Below, one piece after another: positions 56,237 through 64,000 of a DNA stretch of 64,000 nucleotides. The notes below the pieces were generated by a model. It did not search any database. It was given only the letters and a program-made list of their open reading frames with translations, and was not told the origin of the DNA. The first letter of the stretch is position 1; every line of letters starts with the position of its first letter. The position numbers and the translations under genes were made by a program. Source of the stretch: Candidatus Binataceae bacterium (lineage in GTDB: Bacteria > Desulfobacterota > Binatia > Binatales > Binataceae); the NCBI GenBank assembly GCA_035650475.1, contig DASRHP010000010.1, forward strand, positions 138,591 to 202,590. Direction: 5' to 3'.

Positions 56237-56857
56237 CTACGCGACCGAGCGGACAGCGCGGTACAGCGGCTCCAGCTCGCGGTAGGCGTCGAGCAGCTCG
56301 GCGCGATCCAGGCGCAACGCCTCGCGCACGTTCCAGCCGAAGCCGAGGTCGATCCCGCCGGTTTTCTTGCTCAGCGCCTGCGCAAGCTCATCGAAAAGCT
56401 CCTGGCCGGCGGTCGCGGAGGAGGGTAGGGTGCTGAAGTCCCACTTGTCATAGCGTGCGATCGCAGTGCCACGCAGCGCACGCGCAAGTTCGCCGGCGCG
56501 GCTTCTGATCGCGCGCGCCATCTGCGGCCGCCGGTCGGCCTCCGACTTGACCACCACGCGCGCATGGAGTCCGGCGCCCGACACGCACAGCGCAAGATAG
56601 CCGTAGCGCTTGTAGCCCTTGGGCGAGGGACCGAAGGCGGCCCACGTCTCGGGCGGCGGATTCACGGTGCGGCGCGCGTGCTTGGCGACATGCGGGAAAA
56701 ATTCGAGATGGAGCTTGCGCGCCAGCTCGGGCGCCAGTTCCTCGCCCAGTCGCAGCAGCTTGGGCCGCACATGCGCATAAATCTGCTGCATCCGCTCGTT
56801 GAAGCCCTCGACCTTGAAGACCGCGAAGTCGGTCGGAGTGAACCCCAGGCCTGCCAT
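56237..56857 (-). CDS. DUF1054 (YktB/UPF0637) family protein
   Basis: GFTPTDFAVFKVEGFNERMQQIYAHVRPKLLRLGEELAPEL...FPHVAKHARRTVNPPPETWAAFG matches the YktB-type N-terminal pattern. Confidence 0.7.
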   Translation of the reverse strand: MAGLGFTPTDFAVFKVEGFNERMQQIYAHVRPKLLRLGEELAPELARKLHLEFFPHVAKHARRTVNPPPETWAAFGPSPKGYKRYGYLALCVSGAGLHARVVVKSEADRRPQMARAIRSRAGELARALRGTAIARYDKWDFSTLPSSATAGQELFDELAQALSKKTGGIDLGFGWNVREALRLDRAELLDAYRELEPLYRAVRSVA

Positions 56858-56907
56858 GTCTCCACCGTTCCCGATAAAAGGTTTGATTCGGCGCCAGGCG
56901 CGGGCGG

Positions 56908-57294
56908 TTAGCCGCGCGCCGCGCGGTAGCCCACGATCGCGGCCTCCCAGTTGCGGCCGTCGAAATGATCGCGCGCGAGGCCGGTCAGGTCGAGGCCCTC
57001 CAGGCAGCGCGCGTTGACGTCAATCTTGTCGGGGTCGGAGCGCGGGATGTAGAACGGTGCGCATCCGCACGTCGGGCAGAAGTGGTGGCGGGCGACGCCG
57101 GTGTTGAAGGTGTAGGTGGCGAGGTGGGACTCCGGCGTCCGCAGGCGGAAGCGCTCGCGCGGGACAATCCAGTGCAGATAGCCTTTCTTCGCACAGATCG
57201 AGCAGTTGCACTCGCTCACCCGCTCGGGACGCCCCTCGACCTCGAACGCGATACGTCCGCAATGACATCCGCCGCGCGAGACCTCCGCGCTCAT
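56908..57294 (-). CDS. GFA-family protein (glutathione-dependent formaldehyde-activating / CENP-V-like, PF04828-type)
   Basis: GGCHCGRIAFEV ... CNCSICAKKGYLH ... HHFCPTCG are the zinc-binding Cys motifs of the GFA fold. Confidence 0.85.
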   Translation of the reverse strand: MSAEVSRGGCHCGRIAFEVEGRPERVSECNCSICAKKGYLHWIVPRERFRLRTPESHLATYTFNTGVARHHFCPTCGCAPFYIPRSDPDKIDVNARCLEGLDLTGLARDHFDGRNWEAAIVGYRAARG

Positions 57295-57379
57295 CGATCG
57301 TCCTCCGCCGCTCGCTTTCTTTTATGGAATCGGAACCAGGGAGAGCTTAGCCCGTTTTGCGCCGGGGCCCAAACCCGCC

Positions 57380-58000
57380 TCAGGAGAAGAGCTCGGGGAC
57401 GTGCTGGCTGAGGAAAACCAGCCCCTGGTAGGAGTAATGGACGCCCGCGATCGCGGTCACCCCAGCCGTCAGGTACAGCAGCGCATACCAGCTAGTGACG
57501 CCGAGACCGAAGTTCCCGGTGAGCGCGCCGATCACGCATGCGATCTGGAGCACAGTAGTCAGCTTGCCGAAGATGCTGGGGCGCACCGGGAAGCGCTCGC
57601 TTGAGGTGAACGAGATCATCAGGTAGCCGAGCAGCAGGACCACGTCGCGCATCCCGGCCACGATCAGCAGCCACGGCGGCAGGCGATGATTGATCGTCAG
57701 CATCACCAGTCCACTCAGCAGCAGCATCTTGTCCGCGAAGGGGTCGAGGATCGCGCCCAGCTCGGTGCGGATGTCGAGGTAGCGCGCCACCGTGCCGTCG
57801 AGCGCGTCGGTCAGCGCGGCGATGCCGAAAACGTACAGCGCCCCTCGGTCGCGCTCCTTGCTCATCAGTACAAGGAACACCGGCACCAGGCCCAGGCGGC
57901 ACAGGGTGATGATGTTGGGGGCCTTGAGCAGCTGCCCCAGGCGCACACGGGCGAACGTGGGCGGCGCCTGCTCCGGCCTTGGCGAGGGCGTAGTAGTCAT
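57380..58000 (-). CDS. pgsA: CDP-alcohol phosphatidyltransferase (PgsA-like)
   Basis: DALDGTVARYLDIRTELGAILDPFADK is the D-x2-DG-x2-AR-x8-G-x3-D-x3-D motif. The protein has 5-6 TM helices. Confidence 0.8.
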   Translation of the reverse strand: MTTTPSPRPEQAPPTFARVRLGQLLKAPNIITLCRLGLVPVFLVLMSKERDRGALYVFGIAALTDALDGTVARYLDIRTELGAILDPFADKMLLLSGLVMLTINHRLPPWLLIVAGMRDVVLLLGYLMISFTSSERFPVRPSIFGKLTTVLQIACVIGALTGNFGLGVTSWYALLYLTAGVTAIAGVHYSYQGLVFLSQHVPELFS

Positions 58001-58032
58001 CGCGCCCCCCTATTGTTGGACGTGCAGATAGC

Positions 58033-59325
58033 TCAGGCAATCGCCGCCTTGCGCAGCCGCCCGGCCAGCGGCGCACTGACCCGCGCATGCAGGGCGACCG
58101 TGCCGTCTCGGTACTCTTCGCCCAGCACCTCGCCGTCGCGCCGCGCCATCGCGATCAGGTCGCCACGTCCGACGGGCAGGGTGACCGCGATCTCCTCGCG
58201 CCAGCCGGCAAAGCGGCGCGCCAGCGCGCCGCGCAGCGTGTCGAGTCCGCGGCCGCGCAGGGCAGAAATCGTGACCACCTCGGCGTCTGGTGACGGCCGG
58301 ATCGTGTCGGCCGGCAGCAGATCAACCTTGTTCATTACGACGATCCGCGGCCGCCCGCCCGCGCCGATTTCCTCCAGCACGCGATCGACGACTTCCATCC
58401 GCTCCGCCGCCAGCGGCGAACTGACGTCAACCACGTGCAGCAGGAGGTCCGCCGTGCGCACTTCCTCCAGCGTTGCCTTGAACGCCTCGACCAGCATGTG
58501 CGGCAGGCGATGGATGAAGCCAACGGTGTCGGCCAGCATCACGGTCGCGCGGTTAGGCAGGCGCAGGCGGCGGATGGTCGGATCGAGGGTGGAGAACGGG
58601 CGGTCGGCGGCCTCGACCCCGGCCTGAGTCAACGCGTTCATCAGGGTGGATTTGCCGGAGTTGGTGTAGCCGACCAACGCGACGGTCGGATACGGGACTT
58701 CGATTCGGCGCCGGCGCTGGACCGCGCGCGTGCGTTCCACCTCGCGCAGACGCGCGCGCAGCCGGGTCAGCCGCTCGCGTACGCGCCGGCGGTCAACTTC
58801 AAGCTGGGTCTCACCGGGGCCGCGGGTGCCGATCCGTCCGCCGCCGGCGCCCGCACCCGCGGCCTGGCGCGAAAGGTGGGCCCACTGGCGGGTCAGGCGC
58901 GGCGCGAGGTAGCTGAGCTGCGCGATCTCGACCTGGAGCTTGCCCTCCAGCGTGCGCGCGCGCTGGGCGAAGATGTCGAGGATGAGCTGGCTGCGATCGA
59001 GCACGCGCAGGCCGAGTTCCTTCTCGAGGTTGCGCGCCTGGCCGGGGCTGAGCGCGTCGTCGAAGATCGCCAGCGTCGCGCCGCGCTCGCGCGCCAGCTC
59101 GCGCAGCTCGGCGACCTTGCCGCGCCCGATGAAAGTGCGCGGGTCGGGGCTTCTAAGGCGCTGGCTGAGCGTGGCCGAGACGTCGGCGCCGGCGCTATGC
59201 GCCAGCGCGTCGAGTTCGGCGAGTGAATCTTCGCTGGTGATCGCGCCGTTCGCTCCGGCCAGCTCGATGCCGACCAGGACGGCGCGCTCAGCTTCTTCGA
59301 CGGTGGGGGTCGGCGTGAAACCCAG
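58033..59325 (-). CDS. hflX: GTPase HflX; 5' end set at a non-canonical CTG because no ATG/GTG/TTG precedes the conserved N-terminal domain
   Basis: The G domain reads VALVGYTNSGKSTL, DTVGF, NKVD. The HflX N-terminal domain (ERAVLVGIELAG...TFIGRGKVAELRELA...LAIFDDALSPGQARNLEKELGLRVLDRSQLILDIF) continues in frame upstream of the track's GTG at 59004, up to a TAG at 59350-59352. That stretch contains no ATG/GTG/TTG. CTG 59325 has GAGG 8 nt upstream. Confidence 0.8.
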   Translation of the reverse strand: MGFTPTPTVEEAERAVLVGIELAGANGAITSEDSLAELDALAHSAGADVSATLSQRLRSPDPRTFIGRGKVAELRELARERGATLAIFDDALSPGQARNLEKELGLRVLDRSQLILDIFAQRARTLEGKLQVEIAQLSYLAPRLTRQWAHLSRQAAGAGAGGGRIGTRGPGETQLEVDRRRVRERLTRLRARLREVERTRAVQRRRRIEVPYPTVALVGYTNSGKSTLMNALTQAGVEAADRPFSTLDPTIRRLRLPNRATVMLADTVGFIHRLPHMLVEAFKATLEEVRTADLLLHVVDVSSPLAAERMEVVDRVLEEIGAGGRPRIVVMNKVDLLPADTIRPSPDAEVVTISALRGRGLDTLRGALARRFAGWREEIAVTLPVGRGDLIAMARRDGEVLGEEYRDGTVALHARVSAPLAGRLRKAAIA

Positions 59326-59396
59326 AAGGCAAACCTCGTTCGATTTCCGCTACCAGTCTATCAGAGATCGCCGTCTCAGGGGCAGGGCGGAGCCCT

Positions 59397-60548
59397 TCAG
59401 TTAGCGACGGCGCGCTCGGCGATCAACTTGTCCACTTCGAGCTTGAGCCGGCCGAGCACTTCGCCGTAGCGGAAGTTGCCCAGCTTGCGGTCTTTGCGCT
59501 TGAGGTTCACCGTGGTCGGGCCGCACCACAGGCCGAGGTCGGCGTCGTCGGTTTCGCCCGGCCCGTTCACCCGGCATCCCATCACCGCGATCGTGATCCG
59601 ATGGCGCGCGGCGTATGCGGTAATCTCCTTGACCTGCTGCGCCAGCTCGACGAACTTCTCGTTCTCCACCCGCGAGCACGACGGGCACGAGATGATGTTC
59701 AGCCCGGTGCCGAAGTCGGGCACCGAGATGAAGCGGCCCTCGGCGACGTCGCTGATGATCTGATGGCCGACCACGACCTCCTCGTGCTTGCGCTCGTTGG
59801 GCAGCGTGAGCGAAACGCGCAGAGTGTCGCCGATGCGTTGGGCGAGCAGCTTCTCGAACGCGATGCGGGTCTTGATGATGCCGTCGGGCGGCAGCCCTGC
59901 CTCGGTGACACCGAGATGGAGCGGGACGTCGGGACGGCGCGCGGCGAAGCGGCGGTTGGCTTCGAGCACTTTGGCCGGGTCGGAGTCCTTGAGCGAGACC
60001 ACGAAGCGCTCGAAGCCGAGCTCGTCCATCAGCTCGCAGTGCCAGACCGCTGATTCGACCAGCGCGGTCAGCTGGTCGCCCGGATACCTTTCCACAAACG
60101 CCGGCGCGACCGAGCCGCAGTTGACACCGATGCGGATGGCGAGGTTGTAAGCGCGCGCCACCTCGACCAGCCATCGCACCTTCTGCGGGATGCTCTTGGA
60201 CTTCTCGATATGGTGCAGGTGGCCCGGGTTGTAGCGGATCTTGTCGACGTACGGACCGACCTTGTCGGCGATCCGGTAGTTTTCCTGGAGATCGACCGAG
60301 AGCACCACGCCGGCGGTCTGCGCGCGAATCTCCTTGAGTGCGGCGACCTCTTTTTCGTTGTCGAGCGCGATGCGCACGATGCCGGCGCCGGCGCGCGCGA
60401 GCTGATGGGTCTGGGCGATGGTCTGGTCGACGTCCATCGTGCGCGTCGCGCACATCGACTGCACCACCAGCGGCGCGTCGCCGCCCACTTTCAGTCCGCC
60501 GATATCGATCTGCCGCGTCGTGCGGCGGCTTGTCCCTGCCTGCTCCAT
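59397..60548 (-). CDS. ispG: 4-hydroxy-3-methylbut-2-en-1-yl diphosphate synthase (flavodoxin)
   Basis: [30 protein letters not shown]..., ISCPSCSR and [11 protein letters not shown] are GcpE signatures. Start taken at ATG 60548, which avoids overlap with the upstream gene ending at 60574. Confidence 0.92.
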   Translation of the reverse strand: MEQAGTSRRTTRQIDIGGLKVGGDAPLVVQSMCATRTMDVDQTIAQTHQLARAGAGIVRIALDNEKEVAALKEIRAQTAGVVLSVDLQENYRIADKVGPYVDKIRYNPGHLHHIEKSKSIPQKVRWLVEVARAYNLAIRIGVNCGSVAPAFVERYPGDQLTALVESAVWHCELMDELGFERFVVSLKDSDPAKVLEANRRFAARRPDVPLHLGVTEAGLPPDGIIKTRIAFEKLLAQRIGDTLRVSLTLPNERKHEEVVVGHQIISDVAEGRFISVPDFGTGLNIISCPSCSRVENEKFVELAQQVKEITAYAARHRITIAVMGCRVNGPGETDDADLGLWCGPTTVNLKRKDRKLGNFRYGEVLGRLKLEVDKLIAERAVAN

Positions 60549-60573
60549 CGCGCCGATTCCGCCTCCACCCGCT

Positions 60574-60945
60574 CTAGTGATTGTGGCCCTCGTGGCCGTG
60601 CGCTTCGGCGATCGCCTTGCGCTGCTCATCGCTCACCGCCATCGCGATCGACGAATGGGCGAACGGCGCGCCCGCGCGCAGCGCCATCGCGACGAACGCA
60701 GCCTCGGCGATCTCCTCGTCGGTCGCGCCCTGCTTGATCGCGCGCTTGACGTGGTCCTCGATGCACCACGGGCAGGCGGTGACGTGCGCCGCGGTGACTG
60801 CCATCAGCTCCTTGGTCTTGGCCGGCAGCGCGCCGTCCTTGAACACCGCCTGGTCCCAGTCCATGAAGCCCTTGAACAGATCGGGCTTGAGTTGGCGCAG
60901 CTTGCGCAGGCTCTTGATCGTTTCCTTGGCAAAGAAGTCGGGCAT
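60574..60945 (-). CDS. Carboxymuconolactone decarboxylase-family (AhpD-like) protein
   Basis: 123 aa. [20 protein letters not shown] is the CMD-family CxxC active-site helix (PF02627-type). Confidence 0.8.
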   Translation of the reverse strand: MPDFFAKETIKSLRKLRQLKPDLFKGFMDWDQAVFKDGALPAKTKELMAVTAAHVTACPWCIEDHVKRAIKQGATDEEIAEAAFVAMALRAGAPFAHSSIAMAVSDEQRKAIAEAHGHEGHNH

Positions 60946-61310
60946 GACGTTCTCCCCGTGCGAGCGCGGATTCTCCGGCGACCTGAAGCCGGACAGCTAC
61001 CCCCCGAACTATAACAGGAATCCCGCGGCTTTTGCTCACCGCGCGCTCGATCCTGCTGCGACCGATGTTGCCACGCCGCCGCTGGCCTCGCATAACTCGC
61101 GGGCGTAGGCTCTGCGCGTTAGAGGCGGTTGCTAATCCATTAGGCGGTGATTCTCTTGCAATGCTTCATTGGCGTCACTATGGTCGGCTAGAGCGCCGTG
61201 AGCTACAGGGGACGTAACTCGCGGCCATCGGGGAGACAGGCGGCTTAATTGGGGGAGCCTCCGCCTCGGAGCGGCGTCCGCCGCGCCGGCAGGGGCGAGG
61301 AGTCGCAGCT

Positions 61311-61772
61311 ATGCGCCAGCGCAATCAGGCGGTTGACCCGTCAGATTCGTTCAACGCGTCGGACCTCATCCTGCCCAGCCAGTTCTTCGAACTCGTCGGC
61401 AAGACCCGCTTCAGCTGCGAGCAGCGGCTGATGCTCGCGGTGCTGGCCGACGCGATCAATATCCTGCACGATTGGCGTGCCGCGGCGAGCGTTCGCAAGC
61501 GGCGACTGTTTGCCGAAGCGGCGCGCTGGGTGATGGCGCATGGGAGCAATGTCCCCTTCAGCTTCGACAACGTCTGCGACGCGCTGGAGATCAATCCGGA
61601 TGCGTTGCGCCGGCGCCTTACCGCGATGATCACCGACGGAGGCGCCAATTCGCGTCTGCCGCTTGGCCGTTTGCGGCTTAAGGAAGCCGGCCGCCTCCAG
61701 CATATGACCGTCAATCGGAGGCGGCGGCTGCGCGCGCGCGCCCGCGCCGCGCTGCACGCCCGCCGCGCCTAG
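61311..61772 (+). CDS. Hypothetical protein with Arg-rich C-terminal tail
   Basis: 153-aa ORF preceded by GAGGAG. I recognised no family. The core EQRLMLAVLADAINIL..FAEAARWV..PFSFDNVCDALEINPDALRRRL looks like an ordered helical domain. Confidence 0.35.
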   Translation: MRQRNQAVDPSDSFNASDLILPSQFFELVGKTRFSCEQRLMLAVLADAINILHDWRAAASVRKRRLFAEAARWVMAHGSNVPFSFDNVCDALEINPDALRRRLTAMITDGGANSRLPLGRLRLKEAGRLQHMTVNRRRRLRARARAALHARRA

Positions 61773-62025
61773 CCGCAGCCTGTTGCGTCCCCGCCCCCGC
61801 TCCCTCCGTCTTGCGGCCGAGCGGGAACGACCGCCGCGGACCGTCCGCGCAAGCTAATCTTAAGGAAAATGAGGTTCTTTTAGGGTTTTTGCGCCTCATT
61901 TGACTGCGGCGCCATGACCTTCCTATGATGCTGGCGGGAGAGGGCCGGAGCACCGGCCGTCCGGAACGTCCGGGCGCGACCGCGCTGCAGGGGAGGGGAT
62001 TGGGAATGCGGATGCCGGCTCTGTC

Positions 62026-62634
62026 GTGAGCTCCCATGAGAAGTCGTCGGAGGTTTTTGCGGCCGTGCGAATGATCGTTCCTCCCATTGTCCATCGCAGA
62101 GCGATCGATCGCGACTTCGTAACGTTTTTCCGCGAGCATCGCGCCTCGGCTTTTCGCCGCGCCCTCGCGGCCTTCTGCAACTACTACGGCGTCAGGCGCC
62201 CGACTATCGAGTGGTACGAGTACCTCGACTGGGGCAAGACCGCAGGCAAGACCTTCGAGGACGGGCGCATCCACCTCGTCCATCCCGAGAACTGGAAGCG
62301 CGGGCGCATCTACAACAGCGAGCGGATGTGGATCCAGATGGTCTATCACGAGATGGGCCATTACCTGTTCTGGACCGACGCCGAGCGCAAGGCCGACGCG
62401 TTTGCGCTCCGGATGGTGCGCGGATTGCGGCGCTCCGCCGAGCGCCGCGCGCGGCCGCGCGGGTTGACTCGCGTGATGCGCCGCATCGGCGCTGCGCGCC
62501 GCCGAGCCGCATCATTTGCCCAGCGCGCGGCGGGCGCAGCGATGCGCCGCGCGGGCTCGTCCTCGGCGCGCCGGCGGCGGACGCGGCTACGCGCCGGCGG
62601 CGCGCGCGCGGGGCGTCGGATGCGCCGCGGATAA
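62026..62634 (+). CDS. Hypothetical HExxH protein (possible ImmA/IrrE-like, M78-type metallopeptidase core) with long Arg-rich tail
   Basis: MVYHEMGHYLFWTDAERKADAFALRMV gives HExxH followed by an E..A..FA segment. The last ~80 residues are Arg/Ala low complexity. The start is uncertain. Confidence 0.4.
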   Translation: MSSHEKSSEVFAAVRMIVPPIVHRRAIDRDFVTFFREHRASAFRRALAAFCNYYGVRRPTIEWYEYLDWGKTAGKTFEDGRIHLVHPENWKRGRIYNSERMWIQMVYHEMGHYLFWTDAERKADAFALRMVRGLRRSAERRARPRGLTRVMRRIGAARRRAASFAQRAAGAAMRRAGSSSARRRRTRLRAGGARAGRRMRRG

Positions 62635-62784
62635 GCCTCTTCGCGCCCGACAGGTCGGCTGCGACGCACGTTACTCCGCGGTTCGCCCTCCACTTCCTCG
62701 AACTCAGTGGGGGCGGACTCCCCCGCCCGCCGTCCGCAAACACCTCGCACAGGCTGCGCTCTGGCGGCTAAGATAGGGCCTGCG

Positions 62785-63363
62785 ATGGCGCACAAGCCGA
62801 ACGTGGAGAATCGATGGTGGGTCGAAACCACCGTCAAGCGGCCGCGGCAGACCAGACCCGAGGCGGCGCAGCCTGCTGAGGAACAGACGATTGAGCACGC
62901 CCCCGACTCTGAATTAGTCGCTCGCTTCTATTCGGTGGCAAGGGGCTATGAGCAGGAGCGGGCCAAGGAAGACCTCACCGATAACAACCTCAGGATCGCG
63001 CGCGCGGCCAACCCGCAGCCTGGCCAGTGGGTCTACGTCCCAATGACCGAGGAGCATTACCCCGAGCGGCTGATCAAACGGGTCAAGGACGAATTCCGCC
63101 TGCCGCGCGAGGCGCGCGGCGTGTTGCTCGACCACGGCCGCCTGGTGCGCCTGCTGATCTGCGGCCCGCAACTCGAAGACTGGATGATCGACGTGACGCT
63201 GGGCGAGGAGCCGTCGGTGGACGTTTACGTGTGGAACACGATGCAGCGCGAGCGGCTGTTCCGGCGCGCCGAGGAGGCGCTGCGCCAGGCGCGGCGCTGG
63301 GCGCTCAGCCTGCTCCAGCATCCGCCCCAGCGCGACGACCCCTTCCGCGGCGCGCTGCTGTAG
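62785..63363 (+). CDS. Hypothetical protein
   Basis: ATG 62785 (MAHKPNVENRWW). The composition is non-repetitive and mixed-charge over 192 aa, unlike the mirror-frame ORFs. No family recognised. Confidence 0.35.
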   Translation: MAHKPNVENRWWVETTVKRPRQTRPEAAQPAEEQTIEHAPDSELVARFYSVARGYEQERAKEDLTDNNLRIARAANPQPGQWVYVPMTEEHYPERLIKRVKDEFRLPREARGVLLDHGRLVRLLICGPQLEDWMIDVTLGEEPSVDVYVWNTMQRERLFRRAEEALRQARRWALSLLQHPPQRDDPFRGALL

Positions 63364-63389
63364 GGGGCACCTACGAGAATTGAAGCATA

Positions 63390-63437
63390 GAGGGCGGAAT
63401 CTCAGGCTCCGCCCTCGGAGATTACCGAGGGCGGAGC
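63390..63437. terminator. Three-arm inverted-repeat element between convergent genes (probable bidirectional terminator)
   Basis: GAGGGCGGA (63390-63398), CTCCGCCCTCGG (63407-63418) and CCGAGGGCGGAG (63426-63437). Arm 2 can pair with arm 1 (9 bp) or arm 3 (12 bp, perfect). There are no strong T-runs. Confidence 0.45.
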
Positions 63438-63451
63438 CGTTCCGGAGTGGC

Positions 63452-64000
63452 TCAGGGGTTTAGTGAATTGGCGTGTACCTTCGTAGCGGTGCTGGAATCG
63501 GTATCGATGGAACAGGTTTCTGTGCCGCCGGAGACCAGCGCGCAGGGGGCCGGCGTTGCGTAACCTTTGCCGGAGATATCGTTGTTGATAATCTTGTCGT
63601 TGACTCCGCTGTCCAACACGCCGGCCTGGTAGCCATCGGGAGAGCCGTTGCCGCTGACATTGGTGATCTGGCCGTTAGTTATGGCGTTGTTGATCGCCTT
63701 GTTGTTGGTCGCTGTGGTCGGGACGGTCGTACAGGTTGGGTTGTAGTTCGCGAGCGCGACACCGATGTCGTTTCCGTCGCCGGACGTCGAATCGCCGACG
63801 ATGTTCTTGACGATTTGCACACCGGTGGTTAGCAGGGAATTCTCGAAGAAGTCCTGGCAGCCGCCGAATATCAGGATCCCTGCCGACGACGCGTCGTTTG
63901 CCCCCGTATACGCATTACCAGTGACGGTGTTGCGCGTCACCTGTCCGGTCGCACCAAAGGCGATCTCGATCCCGTTCTGAGCGATGCGGTTGGTCGGTCC
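63452..64000 (-). CDS. Right-handed beta-helix repeat protein, C-terminal part (5' end beyond the window)
   Basis: The frame stays open to base 64000. Repeated N-x-I/V-x-G/N turns (TRNTVTGN, VKNIVGD, AINNAITNG, KIINNDISG) are typical of parallel beta-helix repeats. Confidence 0.6.
   Translation of the reverse strand, partial: GPTNRIAQNGIEIAFGATGQVTRNTVTGNAYTGANDASSAGILIFGGCQDFFENSLLTTGVQIVKNIVGDSTSGDGNDIGVALANYNPTCTTVPTTATNNKAINNAITNGQITNVSGNGSPDGYQAGVLDSGVNDKIINNDISGKGYATPAPCALVSGGTETCSIDTDSSTATKVHANSLNP

Noticed and set aside
61150-61250. tRNA-like fragment (ggtcggctagagcgcc resembles a D-arm) in the 365-nt spacer upstream of 61311
   Set aside because: I could not build an acceptor stem, an anticodon stem-loop or a GTTCRAnnC T-loop, so it is not a tRNA. 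I recognised no riboswitch consensus either.

Overview
High-G+C bacterial chromosomal window (G+C judged by eye plus two hand-counted lines, not computed), densely coding on both strands. About 60 protein genes can be supported. I recognised no rRNA, tRNA, CRISPR array, transposase or integrase.

Layout:
(1) 1-22.7 kb is a surface-glycan island. A co-directional, partly ATGA-overlapping operon carries a Wzx-type flippase 3' end, FemAB/GNAT-like, GT2, CE4-like deacetylase, GT4, DUF262, SAM methyltransferase, short UDP-sugar-dehydrogenase-like, a divergent deacetylase-like orphan, a nucleotidyltransferase-like/P-loop fusion and an ATP-grasp gene. It converges on a minus-strand unit: Crp/Fnr regulator, excisionase-type HTH, giant secreted Ig-like x4-phosphoesterase, Wzy/O-antigen-ligase-like protein, secreted beta-helix protein. 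Across a long A+T-richer spacer lies a divergent giant secreted Ig-like/beta-helix/Ig-like/phosphoesterase fusion.
(2) 22.9-41 kb is mixed housekeeping and metabolism: MetX-like + LLM oxidoreductase, PolX, CBS pair, flavin amine oxidase, grpE-dnaK-dnaJ, a thiolase-like/DUF35/CoA-transferase cassette bounded by two gene remnants, a bicupin, and dapL-folK-tal.
(3) 41.3-52.6 kb is one almost gap-free respiratory operon. Alternative complex III (actABCDF, no actE) runs directly into a caa3-type oxidase: coxB with a cytochrome c domain, fused coxA-coxC, subunit IV, CtaG.
(4) 52.9-64 kb holds an internally duplicated membrane protein, dapB, a Cys-rich mini-protein, gpsA, DUF1054, GFA, pgsA, hflX (no canonical start codon), ispG and an AhpD-like gene, then three orphan genes (one HExxH) and a partial beta-helix gene.

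Best candidates for something undescribed are the split/fused secreted beta-helix + phosphoesterase module around the Wzy-like gene, the unusual tail of the glycan operon (DUF262 to ATP-grasp), and the orphan HExxH trio. All family names come from reading motifs by eye; none was verified by a database search.
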